From an uncultured delta proteobacterium (GTDB lineage: Bacteria; Myxococcota_A; Polyangia; Fen-1088), in contig CAVYGB010000012.1 in assembly GCA_963767925.1 (NCBI GenBank), forward strand, positions 1 to 64,000: a DNA stretch of 64,000 bases. Direction: 5' to 3'. A program made the position numbers and the translations under genes. Every line of letters begins with the position of its first letter. Positions within the stretch are counted from its first letter, which is position 1. This document shows, one piece after another, positions 10,941-20,755 of this stretch. The notes under the pieces were generated by a model. It did no database searches. It was not told the origin of the DNA and saw only the letters and a program-made list of their open reading frames with translations.

Positions 10941-11855
10941 TCACGGGACCTTCGTGGGATCGCCGGTGGACCAGGCTACCCCATCGCCACGGTCCATCTT
11001 CGCGATGGCGGCCATGTCGGTCTCGTCGATCTCGAAGCCGAAGATGTCGGCGTTTTGCCGGATGCGGTCGGGGTTGGTGCTCTTCGGGAGGGACGGGTAG
11101 CCCTTCTGGAGGGCCCAGCGCAGCAGGACCTGGGCCTCGCTCACGCCGTACTTCCTGGCCATTATCTTGAATGGGGACTCCGCCCGCTCGCCATCGGCCT
11201 TCATCTGGTCCGTCTTCCCGCTGGCTTGCCCCGCGGCGATTCTCCAGGTCGAGAGCGGGACCAGGCTGCTGTAGGCGATGGGCGTGATCGCGTTGTCTTG
11301 GAGGTACCGAACCAGCGCGGGCTTCTGTGACCAGGGGTGCAGCTCGATCTGGTTGGCCGCCGGCATGGGCAGGCCCGCGGCCTTCAGCTCCTCGATGTGC
11401 TCGATGCTGAAGTTGCTCACGCCGATCGCTCGCGTCTTCCCCTGCCCTCTGAGCTCGACCAGCCCCCGCCACTGGGCGAGTCTCTGGTCGCGCTCGTACG
11501 GCGCGTGGATCAAGTAGAGGTCCACGTACTTCAGGCCCAGCCGCTGCAGGCTCTCATCCAGCGAGGTCACCGTGGACGCGGTGGTCTTCGCCGTCTGCCC
11601 CCACGCGGGGTTTCCGGGCCACAGCTTCGTGGTGACGAAGATGTCGCCTCTCGAGAGGCCCTCGGACGCGAGGGCCTGCTCGATCCCCTCCCCGACGCCC
11701 GCTTCGTTTCGATAGCCTTCCGCGGTGTCGATATGCCGGTAGCCGGCGCCAATGGCCTCACGGACCGTCGCGGCGACCTCGTCGTTCTTGATGAGGTACG
11801 TGCCCAGGCCAAGGTACGGGATCTCGATGTCTGTGGTCAGTGTTCGGGTCTTCAT
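10941..11855 (-). CDS. Aldo/keto reductase (2,5-DKG reductase-like)
   Basis: GLGTY, HIDTAEGY, FVTTKLW, DLYLIH, IGVSNF, NQIELHP, LPKS. Confidence 0.95.
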   Translation of the reverse strand: MKTRTLTTDIEIPYLGLGTYLIKNDEVAATVREAIGAGYRHIDTAEGYRNEAGVGEGIEQALASEGLSRGDIFVTTKLWPGNPAWGQTAKTTASTVTSLDESLQRLGLKYVDLYLIHAPYERDQRLAQWRGLVELRGQGKTRAIGVSNFSIEHIEELKAAGLPMPAANQIELHPWSQKPALVRYLQDNAITPIAYSSLVPLSTWRIAAGQASGKTDQMKADGERAESPFKIMARKYGVSEAQVLLRWALQKGYPSLPKSTNPDRIRQNADIFGFEIDETDMAAIAKMDRGDGVAWSTGDPTKVP

Positions 11856-12357
11856 TCGTTCTCCTCGAGTCGACGGGGCGAGACGCCATCAGGAGGCTCC
11901 GGGACGAGGTCGCCGAGCCGGCACTCGACCACGAACGCCCCCGCGCGGCGATGACCCATCGCACTGACTCCGGACGGCGACTGGAACGGTGGACCGCTCC
12001 AACGATTGCGCCGCCCCCGGCGACCGCCGCTCCTTCGGCTCCGGCGCCGGCGGATCGGGAGCTGGCCCGGCGGCAGGCGGCGGTGGCCGCATCGGTCATC
12101 GAGCCTTCGGGGCGGCAGCAGCGGCGGGGTAGCTGGCAGGCGGCGCTCCCGCGTAAGCGCTGCACGGACAGCACGGGAGCGCCGGCCCGGCGCTTGCGGG
12201 ACCGCCACGGACGCCCGCAAGCGCCTCGCCGCGCTCAGCGCCTCCCCCTGAGCGCTGCCGCCGCAGCCACCCTCCGGAGGGCATGTCCCGGAATACGAGG
12301 AGCTCGTGGCCGCCCAACGACATCAGACAGCGACGGACGGACCGTCAAGTGATCGAC

Positions 12358-13944
12358 TCATTGCCCGACGAGAAGCGCCATCGCGCCCGCCATCAGCGAC
12401 ACCGTGTGCTCATCGGCATCGGAGCCGAAGAGCTCGTCCGGGGAGAAGCCCGTGCACCTGATCTGCTGCTGCTCGAGGGTCAGCGCGTAGGCGCCGTGGG
12501 ACGCCTCGACCTTGTGCCGCAGCTGCGAGTCCACGGACCATCCCTTCGCCTCGAGGCCAGAGACCGTACTCTCGGGAGCGATCGACTTCGCCAACTGGAT
12601 TGTCATCTCTCTCGGCCTGACGTCGAGACAGTGCAGAGCGGCCTTGATGTCATCGTGACGACCAAACCACTCCGACTCGAAGGAAGCCTCCTGAATCAGG
12701 GTTCCAGTCAGCTTGGTCTCGTGCTCATAACGGATGGAATAGGTGCCGGCAGGAAACGCGATGGAGTTGTCATCGACGCCTACCTCGGACCAACCGAACC
12801 GCTTGCGAAGGGCAGCCACCTTCCCGCCGAGGTCTTCTTCGTGCACCTTGCCGACCAGGCCGTTGACCCGCTCGGCAAGGTAGTCCGCGGAGTACGTCCA
12901 GTTCCTGATGTTGGTCAGGTAGTCGACGACTCGCGCCGGCCCGCTATCCGTGAAGGCGAGCTGAAGGGCAAACTTTCCGTCCAGGTCGAAGGAGTCCGGC
13001 GAAATTATCGAACCACTGAAATCACCCAGAACGATCTCGTCCTTGGTCGGCTGGTGAAGTATCGGCCCCTGATCCCTTCGACCATCCTCTCCGGAGGACC
13101 GCTGAACACCCAACGAGACGTATCCGCACAGAGAGGACACGGTCAGCAACTGATTCTCGAGAGCCTCTCGGACGCCCCGCAGGCCGGCGACCAGGAAGTG
13201 AGCAAATGTACTCAGCTTCGGATTGGGCGACCTACCGCTCGACGCCTCGGCATCCGCAGGGGATGACATCACAACGACCCCCGTGGTCTTCGCGAGGTAG
13301 TCTTTCAGGAACGTTGCCGATACCATCGGCGGAATCGTCTTCAGGTGACTGGTGTCGGGACCACTGAAGCAAGCATCGAGAAATACGATCTTCTGCTTCG
13401 CCAGAGAACCGCTCAGGACGTCCTTCACCTTCGAGAAGGGCAGGAATGCACCCTGGTCCTCATCCGAGTAGACGTCCTGTGGAACAAGGAACAGTTCGGA
13501 TGAGCCCGCCAGGCGATGGCCGTGCCCGCTGAAGAAGAAGACGATGCAGTCATCAGGGCCTGCGCTATCGGCCAATGCCTTGAGCGCCTTCAGGATCTCG
13601 CCCCTGGACGGCGGCGCAGAGCTCTTCGAGGTCAGCGTCCGGACGCCATCTCCCCGCGCGTTCAGCTGATGCACGTCAAGGAACGCGTTGGCGAAGGCCG
13701 AAGCGGCGTGTTCACAGCTGCCAAGTGTGCCAAAACCCGCAGCACCTTCGTATCTGCTCACGCCGACCGCAAGCACCCGGGCTACGCCGAGGGCGCTCGC
13801 TCCTTCTGCCGAGGAGCGCCGTCGCCTGGTCAGCTGGCCGTTCGTCACTCTCGCAAACCTTCCGTCATGGCGTTCGTAGCCGTTGGTCGCAGGGGACCAG
13901 CTCGCCACTGGCTGGGAGCGGCTCCTTGTGTCGCCACTCTCCAC
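12358..13944 (-). CDS. Caspase-like peptidase (C14) fused to an unknown C-terminal domain; true start uncertain
   Basis: VLAVGVSRY, catalytic His in FSGHG and Cys in LDACFSG. About 230 unrecognised C-terminal residues. Confidence 0.85.
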   Translation of the reverse strand: MESGDTRSRSQPVASWSPATNGYERHDGRFARVTNGQLTRRRRSSAEGASALGVARVLAVGVSRYEGAAGFGTLGSCEHAASAFANAFLDVHQLNARGDGVRTLTSKSSAPPSRGEILKALKALADSAGPDDCIVFFFSGHGHRLAGSSELFLVPQDVYSDEDQGAFLPFSKVKDVLSGSLAKQKIVFLDACFSGPDTSHLKTIPPMVSATFLKDYLAKTTGVVVMSSPADAEASSGRSPNPKLSTFAHFLVAGLRGVREALENQLLTVSSLCGYVSLGVQRSSGEDGRRDQGPILHQPTKDEIVLGDFSGSIISPDSFDLDGKFALQLAFTDSGPARVVDYLTNIRNWTYSADYLAERVNGLVGKVHEEDLGGKVAALRKRFGWSEVGVDDNSIAFPAGTYSIRYEHETKLTGTLIQEASFESEWFGRHDDIKAALHCLDVRPREMTIQLAKSIAPESTVSGLEAKGWSVDSQLRHKVEASHGAYALTLEQQQIRCTGFSPDELFGSDADEHTVSLMAGAMALLVGQ

Positions 13945-13948
13945 TTGT

Positions 13949-14296
13949 TCATTCGAACCCGATCATGTCGTCCACCGCGGAGCGGAACAGGCCCAGAAGG
14001 ACGCGAACTCACTTACCACTTCGAACCTCGTCCGCAAAATCGTGGATCACGATGATGCGTTCCGGATTTTCGGGCGCGGTAACGGCAAGGTCATCATTGT
14101 CTTGGCGACGAGCAAACGGTACGTACTTCCTTCGGTAGCGCTTCCGGAGTCCCTGTAGCCGCTTGTGGGCCAGGTCGCGGGGCATGATGTGCCAGGGAGT
14201 CAGGTCCACCAGGTTCTGCTCCACGGCGCGTCGGAGTCCCTCGGGTAGCGCAATTGATACGTCGAGATCCTCTGGCTGTAGAATCCTCATCGTCAT
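13949..14296 (-). pseudogene. Polymorphic-toxin immunity protein with two frameshifts near the 3' end
   Basis: ATGA overlap with the toxin stop. LTPWHIM...VPFARRQDNDDLA...VIHDFA, and frame repair gives EFASFWA.FRSAVDDMIGFE stop. Confidence 0.7.
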
Positions 14297-14670
14297 GGCA
14301 CACCAGTGACCCCGGAACCCTGGGGATAGACACTCCGGTAGGCGGCGCTTTGGTTTCCTATTCTCGTCATGACCGCTTCACCCCACGTAGTTGCTTCCGC
14401 TCCGGATTTCGAAACGAAGCGCCCCGCCATCGATGCTGGCAGGGCGTCATCGGCAGCGTGGATCACCGCTTGAACGGGTGTCTTGCTCATGTGGGCAGCA
14501 AGCACCCGGGTGTTGTCGACAGTGATCAGTCGCCCCCCGATGTTTACCACGTCCACTGGTGCCCCGACCCAGCCCTGCGTCTTCATGCTTTGCCGCGATG
14601 GCGTCCACTCCGCGAACTGAGGTCTGACTGAAGAGGATCCTGGATGAGCTGAGCGTCGTGACGGCGCCCG
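14293..14670 (-). pseudogene. ParB/Srx-like toxin tip of the Rhs protein
   Basis: ILFSQTSV, then a frameshift, then MKTQGWVGAPVDVV...TVDNTRVLAA. Lies downstream of an Rhs core and upstream of an immunity-like gene. Confidence 0.65.
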
Positions 14671-17240
14671 TCCCCACCATCCTGGCGGTGTTCAGCTCTG
14701 CCGCCAGGCTGGGGCCAGCTGCCACGTCACCCGCGGCGAGGCCGACGCCGGCCAGGCTCTGCAGGTTGGGGTTGGCGGCCGCCTCCACCAGCGCGCCGCT
14801 CGGCTGAACGACGTCGGCGGCGGTTTCGACGGTCAGCCCGACGCCAGCGGCCTTCGCCGCCAGCACGCCCCCAACGTCAATTCGGCCAGACCGGCGGTCG
14901 GGAGGATGCCGAGGCCGAAGGTGATGCCGGCGATGACCTTTTCGCCGGAGGTCATCTCGAAGCTGACGCCGCGGGCACGGACCTCGGCGCGGTGCGGGTG
15001 TCGCTGAACAGGTCCCGCTCCACCAGGCCGCTGGGGTCGCGCAGGGCGACGGGGTTGTTCAGGGTGTAGGTGTACAGGCCGAGGTGCCTGGGTTGAAAGA
15101 CACCTTCGTTCGGAGCGCCACCCAGGTAGCTCGACAGGATGGGATCCGGGTTGATCCACTGGTTCGCGCGGGGGTCGTAGTAGCGGGCCCCGTAGTAGTA
15201 GAGCCCGGTGGCGTCGTCGAGCTCCCTGCCGTTGAACAGGTAGTGGGGCTGCACGGCGGGAGTGCCGGTCTCCTCGACCCAGACCTCGCCGCTGGCAAAA
15301 TATTCGTCGTGCTGGACCAGATCCTGCTCCGGGTCCGAGACGAAGTGCGTGCTTTGCAGGTGGTCGGGGTGGTACCAGAACGTAGACGAGGCGGGGCCCG
15401 GCCCGGGCGGCTCCACCTTGCTCGCGATGCGCGCGCCGCCGGCGAAGATGTGCTTGGTGGGGAGCTGGCCGTTGCGCAGGGTGAGGTACTGGCTGGGGTA
15501 GATGGTGTCGCCGTCGGCGGTGAGCTGGTGGGTGCGGGTTCCGGACCCGTCGTAGCTATCGATCCGGTTGCCCTCCCTCCGGTAGTCGAGCTCGAAGCTC
15601 CCACCCAGGGGCCGCACGACCCGCCGGAGCAGGTTGGCCTTGCTCCCCTTGTTCAGGCGGGCGAACACCTGGGCGTTGCCGTTCACCTTGATGACGTGGT
15701 CGGGACCGCCGTCGCCATCGATGTCTTCGAGGCGCAAGGTCATGTAGCTGTCGTTCTGCTCGAAGGCCACCGATCCCCGGGCGGTGACCGTCACCGGTCC
15801 GATGAAGCCGAAGCCGGAGGCGCTCGCCGCCCCCGAAAAGCCGTCGATCGCGGTGGCGCCGAGCGCGTCGGCGGCGCCGAGCGCGAAGCCGCCCAGGCCG
15901 GCGGGCTCCACCTGGATCCGGCTGCGGTCCCAGTCGGCGATGGGGATTAACTTCTCGTTGGTGAAGCCGCTGCCCAGGTTGAGCTTGACCCGCATGAACA
16001 GCTCGTCGGGGACCTTCATGAGCTGGTCGGGCAGGCCGTCGCCGTTGACGTCAGTCAGCTCGACGATGGATTGGATCGACGACGGTTGAGCAGCTCCTGG
16101 CGCGCGCTGAAGGTCGTGACGCCCCAGGGCCCGCCCGTCCAGACCACCGGGGCGCCGAAGCGGTGGCCGAGGTTCAAGCGCACGCGGAAGTTGCCCTCGA
16201 AGTCGCTGGCGAGGTGGTCGGGGAGCTGGTCGCCGTTGATGTCGTAGTTGGGCCACTGCTGGGGCGGACCGAAGCCGCCCTGGCGATCGTTGAGGCGCAC
16301 CTGGAGGGTCCCGCCGAGGGCTGCGCCGGCCAGACCCCCGCCGATCCGGCCGAGACCGAAGCCGAACAGGTCGACGTGGCCGTCTCCGTTCATGTCGGCG
16401 AGGAGCTGGGTCTCGCGGGTACGGTTCTTGAGGCTCGTGTTGGTGGAGAGGTTGAGCAGGCCGAAGATGCCCGCCTCGGCGCCAAAGAAGTCGCGCTGGA
16501 CCTGGGAGAGGGGACCCACCGAGGTGGGGCTGACCGCCGGCGTGAACAGTCCCCCGAGGGCGGCGGGGTTCAGCCGGTCGGCCCCTTGCAGGCTGCCGCG
16601 GTTGACGAGGCCATCGCCCGCCAGTCCATCGGTCAAGGAATCGCTGGACAGGTCGAACAGGCGCCAGTCGGTGAGCTCCTTGCCTTGCGAGTCGGTGCCG
16701 CCGATGCCGAGGTTGAGCTGCGGGATGCCAATGCCCACGCCGCCGCTCACGACGCTGGCCGTGTCGCGCGCGTGGGTGTGTCCATCGGCAGGTCGTTCGG
16801 CGCCGCTGGCCAGCCTGGTGATGGCATACGGCACGGGGGCGTTGAACAGATCGAGCCCCGTCGTGTCTTCGGGCGTGGAGAAGTACTCGAAGCGGTGGCT
16901 GTAAAAGAGGTTGCTCCCGGCCAGGCCGCGCGCCTCGATGCGATCGAGCAAGGTCTTTCCGTAGTTGCCGGTCCGGTAGTGCAGGTCGTACCGGCGCACG
17001 ACCTGCGCGCCGAAGCGCACCGTGATCTGTCCGAGCAGGCAGCGGGTGAGGACCTGGAAACCCGCTCGACCGTCGATGAAGTCATCGGACCGCTGACAGG
17101 CGCCGGCGCCGTCCTGCTGGCGTTGCAGGTCGACGGCGTAGGGGGCCGGGGAGCCCGGGTGCGCGGCATAGTCGATCCCGCTCAGGTAGAGCTGGCGGAA
17201 GGGCTCGCCGTTGCTCCCCTCGTCGGTGGCGTAGCGGCCC
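14670..17240 (-). pseudogene. Decayed SpvB/TcdB-like, FG-GAP and Rhs-core toxin carrier
   Basis: RQLYLSGIDY, VRRYDLHY, DMNGDGHVD/DVNGDGLPD repeats, YHPDHLQS, TGLYYYGARYYDP and NNPVALRDPSG. Several frameshifts, no 5' end, YD-repeat middle largely missing. Confidence 0.85.
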
Positions 17241-17571
17241 GCGAGTTGTCAGATCGTAGCTGAAGAGATGAGCAGCTCGCCCGGTTCCGCGGGAGAACAG
17301 CTTGACGAAGACGAAGGTGTTCGGCGACAGCGGTGCGAGCTGGTTGCTCTCCAGATCTCTTCATGCGCTGGGGTGGCCCGTCCGAGATGGTGAAGCGGGT
17401 GCCGACCTGCTTGAACCTCCGGGGGCGGTTGTCACATCGGGCGGGGTCGGTTCGTCAGGTGATGAAGGGGCCGGCGGTTCCTGAACGCTAGCTCGGCGGC
17501 GGTCACATCTGGTGGTCGCCATTCGTCAGCCTGGCCTGGCACCCGCTCGAAGCTGACGGGCTCTCACCAGG

Positions 17572-18330
17572 TCAGCGGCCGATGCGGATGGCGGGGAGGG
17601 TGTCGGCTTCGATGAAGGCGTCGAGGAAGATGGTGTCCACCGCGTTCGAGCGCTCGGCGCGGTGGATGCCGGGCTGGAAGAACATGGGGTTCGCGTCGGC
17701 CTTGGTCTGGGCGGGGATGTCGAGCACGACGGCGCCGTCGTACCAGAGCTTGATGCGGCCGACCTGCGGGTTGGTGGACCATTTGATGTGCATGGCCATC
17801 TGGTGCCAGCGGCCCACGGTGAAGGCTGCCGTCCAGTGCTTGTTCGGGCCGAGATTGCCGGTCCCGAAGTTGATGGTGGCGCCGCCGCCCTCCTTGCCGC
17901 CTTCCTTGCCGCCTTCCTTCGGCTCCACCCACCAGGTCATCATGTTCCGCCAGCTCTTGTCCGACTCCCAGTAGGCGAAGTTGTCGCGGGCCAGCGGCGC
18001 TGCGTCCATGCGCAAGTAAAACGACAGAAAGAGATCCTGGCCCTCTTCGGTGCGGGGGGAGTTGCGGGTGAGCTGCACCCGCATCTGCCGGGCGGCGAAG
18101 GTGTCGTCGGGGTGAAGGGTCAGCTTGACGGCGGACTTCCCCTCGCGCACCGGATCGGAGACGATCTCGATGTTCTTGCGCCCCTTGTTGGTGGCGTTGA
18201 TGTTCCCGTCGAACTGGCCGAGGTCGCCGGTCTCGAAGTCGGCCTTCCAGACGACGCCGGCGCTGAGCCGCCCGCCCAGCACGAGCAGCGAGCCGAGCAC
18301 CCCGGCTCCGATCAGCGCGCGTGACTTCAT
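17572..18330 (-). CDS. Secreted polysaccharide-lyase-family (heparin lyase I-like jelly roll) protein
   Basis: Signal peptide, VWKADFETGDL, PVREGKSA, GRWHQ...HIKWS...KLWYDG, FFQPGIHR. Confidence 0.7.
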   Translation of the reverse strand: MKSRALIGAGVLGSLLVLGGRLSAGVVWKADFETGDLGQFDGNINATNKGRKNIEIVSDPVREGKSAVKLTLHPDDTFAARQMRVQLTRNSPRTEEGQDLFLSFYLRMDAAPLARDNFAYWESDKSWRNMMTWWVEPKEGGKEGGKEGGGATINFGTGNLGPNKHWTAAFTVGRWHQMAMHIKWSTNPQVGRIKLWYDGAVVLDIPAQTKADANPMFFQPGIHRAERSNAVDTIFLDAFIEADTLPAIRIGR

Positions 18331-18332
18331 GA

Positions 18333-19409
18333 TCACTTCCGCGGCAGGCGGGCCGGACCCCGGGTCTGGGCCAGCATCCAGGTCAGGACCTCCTCGAGCT
18401 TGGCCGGATCGTCGTAGACCCGCTCCCAGGACTGCGGGTGGTTTGCGCCCTGCTGCAGCTCGTAGCGGGCGTCCTTGCGCGGCTGCGGGCAGGCCATGAA
18501 CTTGGCCATGCCGGCGGTGTCGTTGGCGGGGCTGTCGTTGGTCCCGTGGAAGACCCACATGGCGACCTCGTTGAGCAGCGCGCACCCGCCGGCGTTGAAG
18601 GCCACGTTGGAGTCGGCGGCGATCAGCGCCGCGGCGACGACGCGTTCGCCCTTGAACTGGCCCAGGTACTCGAAGCCGCCGCGGCCACCGCAGCTCAGGC
18701 CGGTCAGGAAGACCTTGTCGGGGTCGACGTCGTAGCGGGTCATGGCGAACTCGGTGAAGTTGCGCAGCTCCTGTCCCGACGGGCAGTCGTTGCCGGGGTG
18801 CTGAATCGAGAGGACGATGAACGGCCGCTCGGCCGGCCACTGGTTGTTGCGGATTGTCTTCGGCGGTCCGTGGCGCAGCACGCGCGGGAGCTGGGCCGGC
18901 GACCCGTCGCCGTTCTCCCCGAAGCCGTGCCAGAACATCAGCAGCGGGCGCTTGGTGCCGTCGCCGTAGCCCGGCGGCAGGTACTCGTAGTAGCCGTTGG
19001 CCGCGTAGGGCATGCCGCGGGGCCGGGCGACCTGACGGCTGGCCGACGGGCCACCGCCCGCGGCGTCTCGCGACCCGCCCGCGTCCGGGCGCGCGCCGTC
19101 GGACCTGGCGTCGGCCGCGCGGCTGTCGCGCGAGCCAGAGGCACCGCTGTCGACCGGCCGGCCGGGGGCGCCGCCACCCGTGCCAGCGCTGCCGCCGCCC
19201 GCGCCAGCGCTGCTGCCGCCCGCGCCGGCGCTGCTGCCGCCCGTGCCGCTCGTGCTTCCGCCACGACCGCCCTCCCCGCTTCCGCCGCTGCCCGCAGGGA
19301 CCGTCCCGCTGCCGCCGCTTCCGGCGCCCCCGTTGCCGGGGCCCGGGGAGCTCGAGCTGCAGCCGACCGCCAGCGCCGTTGTCGCCAGGAGAATCGAAAC
19401 GTTTCGCAT
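18333..19409 (-). CDS. Alpha/beta-hydrolase lipoprotein (predicted peptidase/esterase) with Gly-rich linker
   Basis: Lipobox LAVGC, YYEYLPPGY, FWHGFGE, nucleophile elbow GLSCGG, VFHGTND. Confidence 0.8.
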   Translation of the reverse strand: MRNVSILLATTALAVGCSSSSPGPGNGGAGSGGSGTVPAGSGGSGEGGRGGSTSGTGGSSAGAGGSSAGAGGGSAGTGGGAPGRPVDSGASGSRDSRAADARSDGARPDAGGSRDAAGGGPSASRQVARPRGMPYAANGYYEYLPPGYGDGTKRPLLMFWHGFGENGDGSPAQLPRVLRHGPPKTIRNNQWPAERPFIVLSIQHPGNDCPSGQELRNFTEFAMTRYDVDPDKVFLTGLSCGGRGGFEYLGQFKGERVVAAALIAADSNVAFNAGGCALLNEVAMWVFHGTNDSPANDTAGMAKFMACPQPRKDARYELQQGANHPQSWERVYDDPAKLEEVLTWMLAQTRGPARLPRK

Positions 19410-19654
19410 GGCGGCCACTATAGGCCGAGGCCGTTGCGGTGTCAGCGCGGTCTCGCCGGCCGCCTGCCGCCCCCTGGCGGCGTGGCCTCGCACCCGGAAA
19501 GTCGACCGGCGCGAGATGTAAAACTTTCGCAATCCGGCCCGCTGCCCCGCCCAAGGCGAGGGCAGGCGGTCGCCGGCGTCACCCGGGGCCAGGCGCGGCC
19601 GGCGGCGCAGGGGCGGCGGCGAGGGTCCAGCCGCGGGCGCGCGCCTATTCGGCC

Positions 19655-20053
19655 GGTCACGCCGTCGATCTGGATGTCGAACCGGGCGACGGTGGGCGCC
19701 GGGCCCGCGCTGGCGACCTCGGCGAGGGGCTTCTCGGCGAGCAGGTCCTCGATCCGGCGCAGGGCCCGCTGGGCGGCCCGGAGCAGCAGCAGGGCCACCG
19801 ACAGCTCGGAGAGCTGGCCGGTGACCCCGCCGACACGACGAGGAACACAAGCAACGTGCCGGCGTCGAGGGTGCCGCCCAGCATGAGGGGCTGCCGGCCA
19901 GGACCACCAGCACGAAGCTCATCTCGACCGTGAACCCGTAAACGGACAGCAGCGGGGCCGGCCCGACCTCCGCCCGGATGAGGGCGTCCCGCAGGGCCAG
20001 GGCCGGCTCGAAGGATCTCCGTCGGCTGGCGCCGGCTGCGGCTCGCTCGCCAT
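19655..20053 (-). pseudogene. Remnant of a fused ABC permease/ATPase (YbtP/YbtQ/IrtB-like), last TM helices only
   Basis: Joined across frames: LRDALIRAEVGPAPLLSVYGFTVEMSFVLVVLAG, LGGTLDAGTLLVFLVV, LRAAQRALRRIEDLLAEKPL...FDIQIDGVT. No ATPase motifs remain. Confidence 0.6.
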
Positions 20054-20070
20054 GCTGGCGATGGTGCCCA

Positions 20071-20102
20071 CAATTTGCAATTGAGTATCAAACTCATTTT
20101 CA
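20071..20102. promoter_or_regulatory. Fur-box-like AT-rich dyad
   Basis: TGAGTAT-C-AAACTCA (20082-20096) in an AT-rich patch, about 30 bp upstream of the ATG at 20053. Confidence 0.5.
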
Positions 20103-20127
20103 GCGCAAACCCGGCGCGGTGGCGACC

Positions 20128-20190
20128 GCCCCTCACCCTTCCCTCTCCCCACGGCGGACCGCGGGGAGAGGGCAAACGGACAGCGGGCCG
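20128..20190. repeat. REP-like palindrome, inverted relative to the neighbouring array
   Basis: CCCCTCACCCTTCCCTCTCCC...GGGGAGAGGG. Confidence 0.7.
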
Positions 20191-20240
20191 CGAAAACTTC
20201 GGACGAATCCATCGCAGAGCTCGCTCGGATGATGATTGGC

Positions 20241-20753
20241 GCACCCCCACTGCTCGTTCGCCCTCGCCCCGCAGCAGCGGGGAGAGGGTGGGGTGAGGGG
20301 TCTCTGGGGTGCGGCTCGCAGGATGTTCATGCACCCCCACTGCTCGTTCGCCCTCGCCCCGCGGCAGCGGGGAGAGGGTGGGGTGAGGGGTCTCTGGGGT
20401 GCGGCTCGCAGGATGTTCATGCACCCCCACTGCTCGTTCGCCCTCGCCCCGCAGCAGCGGGGAGAGGGTGGGGTGAGGGGTCTCTGGGGTGCGGCTCGCA
20501 GGATGTTCATGCACCCCCACTGCTCGTTCGCCCTCGCCCCGCGGCAGCGGGGAGAGGGTGGGGTGAGGGGTCTCTGGGGTGCGGCTCGCAGGATGTTCAT
20601 GCACCCCCACTGCTCGTTCGCCCTCGCCCCGCGGCAGCGGGGAGAGGGTGGGGTGAGGGGTCTCTGGGGTGCGGCTCGCAGGATGTTCATGCACCCCCAC
20701 TGCTCGTTCGCCCTCGCCCCGCGGCAGCGGGGAGAGGGTGGGGTGAGGGGTCT
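20241..20753. repeat. Tandem array of a 90-bp unit (5 full copies plus 63 bp) carrying a REP-like hairpin
   Basis: Units start at 20241, 20331, 20421, 20511, 20601 and 20691 and differ only by one A/G (gcAgcagcgg or gcGgcagcgg). Core CCCTCGCCCCGC-RGCA-GCGGGGAGAGGG-TGGGGTGAGGGG. Confidence 0.97.
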
Positions 20754-20755
20754 GT

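Noticed and set aside
11860..12350. Short ORFs between the reductase and caspase genes
   Set aside because: Low-complexity, no consistent frame or motif.
17885..17920. 12-bp in-frame repeat (GGKE) in the lyase-like gene
   Set aside because: A small loop duplication with no evidence of function.
20241..20753. CRISPR array
   Set aside because: The sequence between hairpins is identical in every unit, and no cas genes are present in the window.
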